This document shows, in pieces, positions 10,438-18,707 of a stretch of DNA of 64,000 nt. Position numbers and translations under genes: made by a program. The notes below the pieces were generated by a model. It saw nothing but the letters and a program-made list of their open reading frames with translations, had not been told where the DNA came from and did no database searches. The DNA lies in the IMG/VR virus record IMGVR_UViG_3300031746_000002, positions 74,901 to 138,900 of that record; one strand, 5' to 3'. Position 1 is the stretch's first letter, and each line of letters begins with the position of its first letter. This DNA comes from a virus.

Positions 10438-11658
10438 ATGGAATTCATTAAAAGCAACACAGACCTTGTTGATAACCAAAGATCTGAGGAAACAGAAAAT
10501 GGAGACCCAGTATTAAATGCACTTAAAAAGAAAGCAGGCAGCACAGGTGATTACAATGTAACAAGATGGTTGTCTGATAGAAGCTTTGCAGGAACAAACA
10601 CAAAGCAAGAAATCATTGAGCTCGACAGACAGCTTATAAAAATGATAAACGAAAAAATGTTCGGTTATAAATATATAGAAGAATATCTGTCAACAGTAGG
10701 CTACCAGAAAGCATTGATACGTGCAAGGTTTAAAGTTTTAACAGGTGCAGATTATGAGGACTTTATGCCTTATGCAAAGTTCTTAAAGACTCCTCCAACA
10801 ATTCCTGGAATTAACTACGGCTGGGGAGTAAGTAAAGATTCTAAGTACGAACATTATTTCATTCAGCCATATTATCTGGGATATTCTATCTGGGGGCAAA
10901 AGGGTTATCTTGATAGGAAAGAAGTCAATGCATTTCTTACACTGGAACTTGCACAGAAAGCAATGGAGAAACTAGTAAAAGAATTTATCTATTATGATGT
11001 AATTGTAGATGTACCAGCAACACAGAAACCAGTATTACTTACAGAGCCAGTTGGTACATATGAAAGAGGGCAGAGAAAACAAGAACAGCAAGACATTGCA
11101 ATGAAGAAAGCAATGTTAGAAATTCAAGCCGATAGTGATGCAGATGAAGAGCCTTCACCCGAAGAAACAGCGAAAAAGGAGGAAACGATGGAAGAGGCTG
11201 ATAAGAGGAAACAAATTCCATTTGACTCAATTCGAAAAGAACTTACTCCTCATGATATGTTTGAAAATGAGAAACAAGAAGTTTCTGGAGATATAGTTCC
11301 AAAGACAATAAAGAAAGTTGTTGATTACATAAAAGCAAAAGATGAAGCTATCACTGCTTATGTAGTTACAATAGATAGTTTCAAATATAAGCAAGAGGAA
11401 CTTGAGTCTATCATAAAGAATGTTACTCCTGCTATAGAAGAGGAAAAGGTTGAAGAGTATTTCACATCAAACGCAGTAATTACAGTAGTGATTAATATAC
11501 AGAATAAGAAAGCATCAACAGGCAACATGAAACAAGGCTACATGGTTTTCACAGTTTTTAATGGTGATGTAGTTAGTGATGATACATTCAAAGGTGAAGA
11601 CGATAAGATATATGGTCTTACTGAAGCTGGACTAGATCAGTACTTCAGTATAAGATAA
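10438..11658 (+). CDS. Hypothetical head-associated protein
   Basis: GAGGAGG SD; lies between TerL and portal; ALKKKA motif about 30 aa from the N-terminus. Confidence 0.55.
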   Translation: MEFIKSNTDLVDNQRSEETENGDPVLNALKKKAGSTGDYNVTRWLSDRSFAGTNTKQEIIELDRQLIKMINEKMFGYKYIEEYLSTVGYQKALIRARFKVLTGADYEDFMPYAKFLKTPPTIPGINYGWGVSKDSKYEHYFIQPYYLGYSIWGQKGYLDRKEVNAFLTLELAQKAMEKLVKEFIYYDVIVDVPATQKPVLLTEPVGTYERGQRKQEQQDIAMKKAMLEIQADSDADEEPSPEETAKKEETMEEADKRKQIPFDSIRKELTPHDMFENEKQEVSGDIVPKTIKKVVDYIKAKDEAITAYVVTIDSFKYKQEELESIIKNVTPAIEEEKVEEYFTSNAVITVVINIQNKKASTGNMKQGYMVFTVFNGDVVSDDTFKGEDDKIYGLTEAGLDQYFSIR

Positions 11659-11684
11659 ATTGGAACAACGATAAGGAGATTACA

Positions 11685-13616
11685 ATGGCAAAGTTAGAAG
11701 ATTTTAGTGAAGCACAAAAAAAACGTGCTATAGAACGTTTGGAAAAATTAAATCCTTTAAGTCTTAAAAGGCCTTTACATAAGGGTGAAGAAAATATAGC
11801 TTCTAAAGTAGAGGAACAAATATTTAAAAGACAGGCAGCATTGAAAAGAGAAGCTGGAGACTCTTATTCATTTTCAATGGATTCTACAGCAGGTGTTTCA
11901 AGAGTACCCATTCTATTTGTAGACCCACTATTTGACCCAGTCTTGTTGTTATTTCCTACAGGCGATCTTGAACAATTAAATAAACGGTTACGACATTATT
12001 ATATGTATCATTATTTAGTAGGGAATTTAATAGACCTACACAGCGAATTTCCATTGTCTGATCATGTGCTTGAATGTGAAGATGATAGCATAAAGAAATA
12101 TTACAATGATTTCAAAGACAGAATAGGTGCATTAGATATAATGACACAACAGTTAAGAGGTTATCATTTATTGGGAGAAGCAGTACATTATGGGAACTGG
12201 GATAACAATAACTTTGAATGGGAAAGCTTCACACAGTTCCAGCCAGAAGATATAGAATTGATGGATACGTTTGTAAGTCAACCAGTATTCTTCTTGAAAG
12301 TAAAGAAAGACTCTGAAATAGGAAAGATAGTAAACAACACTTCAGATATGGTAGCAAGAGCAATCACTGAATTACTTCCAGATAAATTAGTATCAGCAGC
12401 AAGGACAGGAAGAAGGGTGCATCTCGATTCAAGCCGAGTTTTGTACTTTGCTAATAAGCCAGAAGGAAGTATGAAGCGTGGACATTCATTGCTTAAAAGA
12501 TGTTTGAAAGATCTAGTGCATGAAGATAGGTTAAGGTTACTTCAACAGAGTTTTATTGAAAGACATTCAAAGCCAATTAAGATATTTAAAGTGGGTTCAA
12601 AAGAACTTGGTTGGATCCCATCAGACAGGCATATGGTGAAACTGCAGAAGTTACTTGCGCAAGCAGCAAATGACCCTGATTTCAATTTAATATATCACCC
12701 ATTCTTAGAGGTTGATTATGTAGGGACAAAAGAAAAGATCACAAACCTCAGTGAAGAATTCGATGATGTACAGAAAAAGATTATGGTAGGATTATTTGCT
12801 AATGATGCATTAGTGCATGGGGAAGCCACTACTTACGCATCTAGTACTGTTCAGCTTAAAATCATAATGTATAGATACTTAGCACAGAGGGCGAAGCTGG
12901 AGAACCTTTGGAAGTATAGAGTGTATCTACCATTAGCAATGAAGAGGGGATTTGTAAGAAGGAGTAAAGCAGAGATAGATCACAATCTACGAATTAATAG
13001 TAAGCTTGATAAATATATAAAGGTTAAAGGACAGGATAGATTAATTGAAGCAGAATTTGTAACAGGTTCTCAAGGACAGAGACTTAATGGTGATGATGGT
13101 AAACCTTTATTAAGGATAGGGAATTCTGTTTATAGAGGCAGTGAATATGATAAATATATAATCCCAGAATATATTTGGCAGAAGAGGAACTTAGTAGACA
13201 GTTCATCTGAAAGGGACATGTTAAGACAACTTAGAGATAATAGTGAAATTCCATTTGAGATGATTGCAGATGCAATGGGTTGGGATATGAAGCATATTGA
13301 AGACATGCTTAAGAAAGAACAGTCAACAGTATTTGATCCAAAATACCGTGCAATAGTAGATGAAAAAACAAAAGATGATGATGCTTATAAAGAGCAGATA
13401 CTTTTAAAGAAGACTCCAGAAGAGGCATTGAAAGAATTAGAAAGACAAAAGCAGAAAGAGAAAGCACCAGTGGTTGAACAAGAAACAGCAGAACAACCTG
13501 AATTAAAAATTCCTGCTAAAGAAGAGACCCCAGAATTACCGCCAGAAGAGGGCGAAAAGAAAGAACCAAAGAAACCCCGAACACCAGTAGGTGGCGAGGA
13601 AACGATAAAGGAATAA
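11685..13616 (+). CDS. Portal protein
   Basis: Position after TerL, 643 aa; LIDLHSEFP, LLGEAV..G.W and GHSLL.RCLK.L...D.LR portal-like motifs; acidic/Pro tail; AALKREA near the N-terminus. Confidence 0.8.
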   Translation: MAKLEDFSEAQKKRAIERLEKLNPLSLKRPLHKGEENIASKVEEQIFKRQAALKREAGDSYSFSMDSTAGVSRVPILFVDPLFDPVLLLFPTGDLEQLNKRLRHYYMYHYLVGNLIDLHSEFPLSDHVLECEDDSIKKYYNDFKDRIGALDIMTQQLRGYHLLGEAVHYGNWDNNNFEWESFTQFQPEDIELMDTFVSQPVFFLKVKKDSEIGKIVNNTSDMVARAITELLPDKLVSAARTGRRVHLDSSRVLYFANKPEGSMKRGHSLLKRCLKDLVHEDRLRLLQQSFIERHSKPIKIFKVGSKELGWIPSDRHMVKLQKLLAQAANDPDFNLIYHPFLEVDYVGTKEKITNLSEEFDDVQKKIMVGLFANDALVHGEATTYASSTVQLKIIMYRYLAQRAKLENLWKYRVYLPLAMKRGFVRRSKAEIDHNLRINSKLDKYIKVKGQDRLIEAEFVTGSQGQRLNGDDGKPLLRIGNSVYRGSEYDKYIIPEYIWQKRNLVDSSSERDMLRQLRDNSEIPFEMIADAMGWDMKHIEDMLKKEQSTVFDPKYRAIVDEKTKDDDAYKEQILLKKTPEEALKELERQKQKEKAPVVEQETAEQPELKIPAKEETPELPPEEGEKKEPKKPRTPVGGEETIKE

Positions 13617-13734
13617 ACGATGAATGGTATACTCATTCCTGTTGTAACAATCATAATTGGTAGTGATGGTAAAGAATATACGACAGTTAGAACAATATTC
13701 TATACAGCTGATTATTCAACTCGTAATTGGTTAG

Positions 13735-13980
13735 ATGAGGACTGCTATGAAATTAATAATCAAGAGCCATGAGGGTGAATTTGAAGTTGATACATCAGAC
13801 ACAATAACAATTGGAGAATTAGTAGAAGTAGCAAGAAAACATTTCAAGCTTCAAAAACGCGGACATTATGTGTTAGGTAAGTTCAATCACGTATCCGTTG
13901 AATTTATGGCTTCATCAAGATTATCAGAGTTATGTTTAAAAGATAATGATGTGTTAATCTTTGAAAACTATACAAGTTAA
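13735..13980 (+). CDS. Ubiquitin-like (beta-grasp) protein
   Basis: MKLIIK...FEVD.SDTITIGELVE...RLSELCLKDNDVLIF pattern; no C-terminal GG. Confidence 0.5.
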   Translation: MRTAMKLIIKSHEGEFEVDTSDTITIGELVEVARKHFKLQKRGHYVLGKFNHVSVEFMASSRLSELCLKDNDVLIFENYTS

Positions 13981-13988
13981 CAAAAAAG

Positions 13989-13998
13989 GCTTAATAAT
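13989..13998 (+). promoter_or_regulatory. GCTTARTAAT motif, copy 1
   Basis: Recurs at 20533, 29258, 32284 and 35002, each time just upstream of an SD. Confidence 0.45.
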
Positions 13999-14021
13999 AA
14001 GATAAGCATAGGAGGGATTCA

Positions 14022-14267
14022 ATGAGTCAGGTTGAAGAAAGAGTAAAAGACTTGATTGATGAATTGTCAGGAATAAGTGGAAATGAAATAGTTTCTACTG
14101 ATCGTATTGAAGAAGATTTATGCATTGATGAATTAGATAAAGTAGAATTGATGATGTCTATTGAAGATGAATTTGTGCTAGATGGAATATCAGATGAAGA
14201 TACTGAGAAAATAAAAACAGTGCAAGACTTAGTGGATTATGTAGAGAAGAATAAACAAGATGAATAA
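14022..14267 (+). CDS. Acyl carrier protein-like, lacking the attachment Ser
   Basis: VEERVK...EDLCIDELDKVELMMSIEDEF..ISDED.EKIKTVQD aligns with AcpP; DSL reads DEL. Confidence 0.85.
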   Translation: MSQVEERVKDLIDELSGISGNEIVSTDRIEEDLCIDELDKVELMMSIEDEFVLDGISDEDTEKIKTVQDLVDYVEKNKQDE

Positions 14268-14918
14268 TAGAATGACTGCATCAGAATACCTTAATACTCA
14301 TTGCCCTTGCGGAATGAAACTTGATAGTACTTCTACCATTCCTTCTTATCTTCAAACTATATATCATAATAATGAAATAGTTTATGCAATTTGTATGCAT
14401 GGGCATGTAGTAATTGATAAACTAAATAAAGGAGAGAACAATGAAAATCGAAACAAGGAAGAAGCGGACATTCAAAGCACATGAAGAAACAGTAATTGTA
14501 TTAGAGTCATTTGATGAAATAGCATTCATGAGGGATATAGTCGATGCATATATCTTTACAACTACAAGCGATGAACTGCAGCCCACAGCAACAAGAGAAA
14601 GATTCGTTAATGATTTAAAAGCTCTTTGCGAATCAAAACTAAAAGAATAACATGCAACTTACTCATTGTTTAAATTGCACAAAGAAAATTCCTAAGTCAA
14701 AGCAGAAACAAGGACTTCGGATATACTGCACTAAATGCAGTAAGATAGTAAATAAAAAACAGATTAGTAAAAGGGTTATGAAGTTTTATATATTTCACCC
14801 TGAAAAGAAATATAGATGGTGTAAAGTTTGTCAATCATATGGAATGCGACGTAAGATTAAAGATGGAATTAAAATATATCATTGCAAAAATTGTAATGAG
14901 ACATGGAGCAGAAAATGA
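14260..14918 (+). other. Three small hypothetical genes (14260-14484, 14441-14650, 14652-14918), two Cys-rich
   Basis: ORF track; CxxC pairs. Confidence 0.5.
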
Positions 14919-15325
14919 AAACAATAACATCAGATATAATCATTGATCTAATTGCAATAGGATTAGTATTAACAACTGTAACATTAGTTGGCTGTATTCA
15001 TCGACCAGCAACAACTATCACTACTACTGTAAGTACAGGAGCAGTGCATGTTGATGTGCCTATAAACAATACAGGGGTTGACGCCAGTTCAGCAACAATA
15101 AATGCTAATGATAATAAGGTAGGGGTCAATGATAACAAAGCAGGCGTCAATGATAACGTAGTAAAGGATAATAAGGTTTATATAGAACACATAGTTTATG
15201 TCCCATCAGCTACTGTAGTAGGAGTAATAGGAACATTGAAACCGTGGCAGTTCATTTTTATTGTGTTAGTTTTAGCTGTAGTTGGTATAATATGTTTTAT
15301 GATTTATATTAATAAAAAAAAATAA
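14903..15325 (+). CDS. Putative lipoprotein with C-terminal transmembrane helix (unimolecular-spanin-like architecture)
   Basis: Hydrophobic leader ending LVGC; C-terminal FIFIVLVLAVVGIICFMIYI-NKKK. Confidence 0.45.
   Translation: MEQKMKTITSDIIIDLIAIGLVLTTVTLVGCIHRPATTITTTVSTGAVHVDVPINNTGVDASSATINANDNKVGVNDNKAGVNDNVVKDNKVYIEHIVYVPSATVVGVIGTLKPWQFIFIVLVLAVVGIICFMIYINKKK
15107..15178 (+). repeat. Imperfect 21-nt tandem repeat (NDNKxGV)
   Basis: aatgataataaggtaggggtc / aatgataacaaagcaggcgtc / aatgataacgtagtaaag / gataataaggtt. Confidence 0.7.
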
Positions 15326-15335
15326 AGGAGGATTT

Positions 15336-15587
15336 ATGGTAAGAGGAAAGTTTGTAGTTACACAGATCAACATTTATAAAGGAAGTAAAAAAGAAGGAGA
15401 CAAGTGGGTTGAATGCGAAGGTAGGACAATTTATTTAAGTCCAGTAATGGAAGGATCAAAAGAGAATGAAATATTTGGCAATGCAAGTCCATGTGGAAAA
15501 ATTGAAATATCTATTTTAAATTCAGATGCATTTAATCAGTTTGAATGGAATAAAGAATACTATGTCGATTTTACAAAGGCAGAATAA
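15336..15587 (+). CDS. Conserved small phage protein
   Basis: VRGKF...EN..F..ASPCGKIEI.I.N..A...F...KEYYVDFT pattern; AGGAGG SD. Confidence 0.55.
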   Translation: MVRGKFVVTQINIYKGSKKEGDKWVECEGRTIYLSPVMEGSKENEIFGNASPCGKIEISILNSDAFNQFEWNKEYYVDFTKAE

Positions 15588-15833
15588 ATGAAAGTAAAAG
15601 TTTGCGTTACTATTCCTTCAAATCTTTATATCTTAATGGAAGCATTCAGAAAAAAGATTAAGATGACAAGAAGTAAGTTCATTGAAAAAGCAATCAACAA
15701 TTTCTTGGGCCCTACATATGACATAAAAGAATTGAAGAAATGGAAGAAAGTTTACAAAGCATTAGAGAAAGACGATATAATAACCAGCAGGGAAATGATG
15801 AAGATAGTAAACAAAACATTACCAAAGAAATAA
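15588..15833 (+). CDS. Ribbon-helix-helix (CopG/antitoxin-like) protein
   Basis: KVCVTIPSNL...MTRSKFIEKAI. Confidence 0.7.
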   Translation: MKVKVCVTIPSNLYILMEAFRKKIKMTRSKFIEKAINNFLGPTYDIKELKKWKKVYKALEKDDIITSREMMKIVNKTLPKK

Positions 15834-15890
15834 ATGTTTACCCGATACAAAAATATAAATAAAAAAACTAGGGTAAAAAAGGAGAACAAA

Positions 15891-16202
15891 ATGGAAACAG
15901 ATGCAGAAATTATTAAAGGGTTAGAAATGAAGAACAAGAAGTTAGTAGAGCGAAATGATGAACTACAAAAAGAAAAGCAAGATTTACAAGCAACAGTAGA
16001 TGAGTTATATGTACCATTAGCATTTGAGTATAAAGAAGGAAGAAAAACATTGCTAATAAAACTTGGATCAAAAGAACGTGGTTGGTTTCCAAGCGGTAGA
16101 CATTTTGCAGCAGCACAGAAACAATTCAAAGCTTGTATGTTGGATAAGAAATTCAATATCATATTATATCACTATGCTATTGAAACACAAATAGTAGAAT
16201 AA
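15891..16202 (+). CDS. Coiled coil + portal-segment-like protein
   Basis: AGGAG SD before ATG 15891; the C-terminal half aligns with an internal portal segment (KxGSKExGWxPSxRH). Confidence 0.7.
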   Translation: METDAEIIKGLEMKNKKLVERNDELQKEKQDLQATVDELYVPLAFEYKEGRKTLLIKLGSKERGWFPSGRHFAAAQKQFKACMLDKKFNIILYHYAIETQIVE

Positions 16203-16203
16203 A

Positions 16204-16278
16204 CGGGGTATAGCTCAGTTGGCTAGAGCACACGGTTTGGGGCCGTGGGGTCCGTCAGTTCGAATCTGACTACCCCGA
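16204..16278 (+). tRNA. tRNA-Pro (TGG), CCA not encoded
   Basis: Acceptor CGGGGTA/TACCCCG, D-arm GCTC/GAGC, anticodon stem CACGG/CCGTG with loop TTTGGGG, T-loop TTCGAAT. Confidence 0.95.
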
Positions 16279-16294
16279 TTTAAAAGGAAGATTT

Positions 16295-16939
16295 ATGCCA
16301 AAAGGACAAATTGCTTGGAATAAAGGATTAACAAAAGAAACAGATGAGCGAGTTGCATTAATAGGAAAAAGCTCGGGTAGGACAAGAATAGGAATGGTAG
16401 GATCGTTTAAAGGAAAACATCATTCTAAACAATCACGTAAAAAAATTAGTAAGAAAATGATGGGTATGGTACATTCTAAAGAACGTCGTTTAAATGAAAG
16501 TAAAGGATATAATCATTCTGAGCAGCATCGTCTTAAAATAAGTATAGCAGCAGCTAAACAAGCTATACAAAATAAACAAGATCATAAATGGAGTTGGGGT
16601 AAATCGGGTTGGTTTTATTCTAAAAAGAATAATAAAAGATTTAGATATTTATCTAGTATTGAATTACAATGTTTAAAATTTTTAGAAAGTAAAGAAGATG
16701 TTTTAAAATATCAAACTAATCCATTAAGAATACTTTATACATATCAAATGCAACAAAGAAATTATATACCCGATATTTTGGTTGAATATAATAATGGTAA
16801 AAAAATATTAATAGAAGTAAAGCATAATAAAGGTTTGAAGAATAATATAGTTCAAATTAAAGCAAAAGCAGCTATAAAATATTGTAAAGAAAATAATATG
16901 GAATATAAATTTTATACAGAGTCTAAATTGCTGATGTAG
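16295..16939 (+). CDS. Free-standing homing endonuclease (NUMOD3-like + TnsA-like)
   Basis: AWNKGLTKETD, GKHHS, FYSKKN, YIPDI...LIEVK. Confidence 0.75.
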   Translation: MPKGQIAWNKGLTKETDERVALIGKSSGRTRIGMVGSFKGKHHSKQSRKKISKKMMGMVHSKERRLNESKGYNHSEQHRLKISIAAAKQAIQNKQDHKWSWGKSGWFYSKKNNKRFRYLSSIELQCLKFLESKEDVLKYQTNPLRILYTYQMQQRNYIPDILVEYNNGKKILIEVKHNKGLKNNIVQIKAKAAIKYCKENNMEYKFYTESKLLM

Positions 16940-16944
16940 CTTAT

Positions 16945-17523
16945 ATGAAAAGTAAACTTATAGAAGATGATTTTATAGATAACATTCCGCATGAGCAGAA
17001 TAAAATAGGTGCAAAAATGAGTGCTGATATAATTAAGGAAATCATAATAATCAGACAATGCAGTAAATGTGGATCATTAGATGTAACACCAGTTCCTGGC
17101 GATAATGTAATGTATACATGTAATGAATGTAGTGAAGAGATGGTACCTACAGAAACAACAAAAGAAGAACTTAAAAAAGAGGAGACGAAAATGGTAAAGG
17201 AAGAAAAGAAAGGTTGCAGTGAATGCGGCGATAAAGTTCTTGCTAAAGGATTATGCAGCAAACATTACTATTCGCCTGCATCAGTGCTTTTAATGGATGT
17301 GCAAAAAGGTGGTGTTGGACATAATCCTGTGCCTGCAGGACAATGCCCTATAGCAAAACCTGGTGATAAGATTAGGATTAAGCAAGTCGATGAAGTTGGC
17401 AGATATAAATTACTTCCTGTAAAAACTTGTGCTACATGTATACATATGCATGTTTGTTTTATACTTCAAGCAAATAAAAAAATAGATATACATGAAGTAG
17501 TATGCGAAAATCATAAGGAGTAA
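16945..17523 (+). CDS. Multi-zinc-ribbon protein
   Basis: CSKC, CNEC, CSEC...AKGLCSKHY, CATC. Confidence 0.55.
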   Translation: MKSKLIEDDFIDNIPHEQNKIGAKMSADIIKEIIIIRQCSKCGSLDVTPVPGDNVMYTCNECSEEMVPTETTKEELKKEETKMVKEEKKGCSECGDKVLAKGLCSKHYYSPASVLLMDVQKGGVGHNPVPAGQCPIAKPGDKIRIKQVDEVGRYKLLPVKTCATCIHMHVCFILQANKKIDIHEVVCENHKE

Positions 17524-17528
17524 CGAAA

Positions 17529-18032
17529 ATGAAAAAACGAAAAGTAGGATTTGAAAAATATTTAACAGAAACTTTAGATGCAGACATAGAAAGCAAAGAA
17601 TTGTTTTTAAAGTTGTTTTACAAGCAACCTGTTACAACACAATTAGCAATGTTTCGTAAAGGAATGGGGTTATCCCAAGTAACATTAAGCAACAAAGCAA
17701 AGTTAAAACAATCAGGTGTAGCTAGGTTTGAGAAAGCAGAAGCAAATCCAAGAGTACAAACTATAGAAAAAATAGCAAAAGCATTGGGAGCTAAAGTAAT
17801 TTTGGCTACTCCACGAATGATCGATGTTTTAATTAACAAGGAATTATTGGCACAAGGCGAAGCATATTTTTCTAGTATAGTTTTTGGTAAGAAAAATATT
17901 AAACTTGAAGATTATGTTTCTGATAAATTTAAAAAACCAGCAGATAAAAAACGGTTAGATAAAGAGTATTGTCTAGCAAAGAAAGAACTCGAAAGAGTAG
18001 AAGCAAAGAATAAAATTAAAAGGAGGAAGTAA
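17529..18032 (+). CDS. XRE-family HTH protein
   Basis: RKGMGLSQVTL...KQSGVARFE...NPRVQTIEKIAKALG. Confidence 0.85.
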   Translation: MKKRKVGFEKYLTETLDADIESKELFLKLFYKQPVTTQLAMFRKGMGLSQVTLSNKAKLKQSGVARFEKAEANPRVQTIEKIAKALGAKVILATPRMIDVLINKELLAQGEAYFSSIVFGKKNIKLEDYVSDKFKKPADKKRLDKEYCLAKKELERVEAKNKIKRRK

Positions 18033-18035
18033 ACA

Positions 18036-18239
18036 GTGAAAGGAAAAGTCAAATGGTTCAATGAGTCCAAGGGTTATGGGTTCATCACAAGAGCAGATGA
18101 AGGTGGAGATGTATTCGTGCATTACAGCAGTCTTATTACTGACGGTTTCAAAACATTAGCTGAGGGACAAAATGTTGAGTTTGAAACTGAAGACACAGAG
18201 AAAGGATTAAAAGCAGTTAACGTTAAAGTTCTTAGCTAA
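18036..18239 (+). CDS. csp: Cold-shock protein
   Basis: [23 protein letters not shown] (RNP1/RNP2); GTG start. Confidence 0.95.
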   Translation: MKGKVKWFNESKGYGFITRADEGGDVFVHYSSLITDGFKTLAEGQNVEFETEDTEKGLKAVNVKVLS

Positions 18240-18270
18240 TCGAAAAGAAAAACGATAAAAGGAGTAACCG

Positions 18271-18561
18271 ATGGCTTGGAAAAAAATAGTAGCTGAAAAG
18301 GCAGATAAGTTTTTTGCTATTCACAGCAAAAGACCCAATGTAGTTATTAATCCTTCTGTAACAGAACAAGAATTTATAAATGAGCATAAACATATTTATA
18401 ATCTTTTTGAGCCAGCAGAAGCAACGATACAAATGCAGAGGGTTATCAAATCATTTCATGATGGGGATTATACGATTTATGGAATGAGAGCTATTAAGCT
18501 TCCAGAACATGGGAATGATACTGTTGGGTATCAAAATTTTGATGGCTCTGTGAATACATAA
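18271..18561 (+). CDS. Hypothetical protein
   Basis: AGGAG SD. Confidence 0.55.
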   Translation: MAWKKIVAEKADKFFAIHSKRPNVVINPSVTEQEFINEHKHIYNLFEPAEATIQMQRVIKSFHDGDYTIYGMRAIKLPEHGNDTVGYQNFDGSVNT

Positions 18562-18564
18562 ATG

Positions 18565-18627
18565 GCAAGGCAAACCTCTATTGTTTTTTGACTGATTTCA
18601 ATAGAATGATTTGCCTTGCGCCTTTTG
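18565..18627 (+). terminator. Long hairpin, probable terminator or processing site
   Basis: GCAAGGCAAA/TTTGCCTTGC plus TCTATTG/CAATAGA stems; T-rich tail. Confidence 0.55.
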
Positions 18628-18640
18628 TTGAATTATTTTG

Positions 18641-18669
18641 TTTACGTTTTCACCGAAATATGGTATAAT
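18641..18669 (+). promoter_or_regulatory. Sigma70-type early promoter, copy 1
   Basis: TTTACG-17 bp-TATAAT; spacer TTTTCACCGAAATATGG. Confidence 0.8.
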
Positions 18670-18707
18670 ATAACTAAGGAAACAAGATAAACCGAAAGGA
18701 GCAAAAC

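Noticed and set aside
16204-16278. tRNA as a prophage attachment site
   Set aside because: No integrase or duplicated tRNA 3' end seen; phage genes lie on both sides
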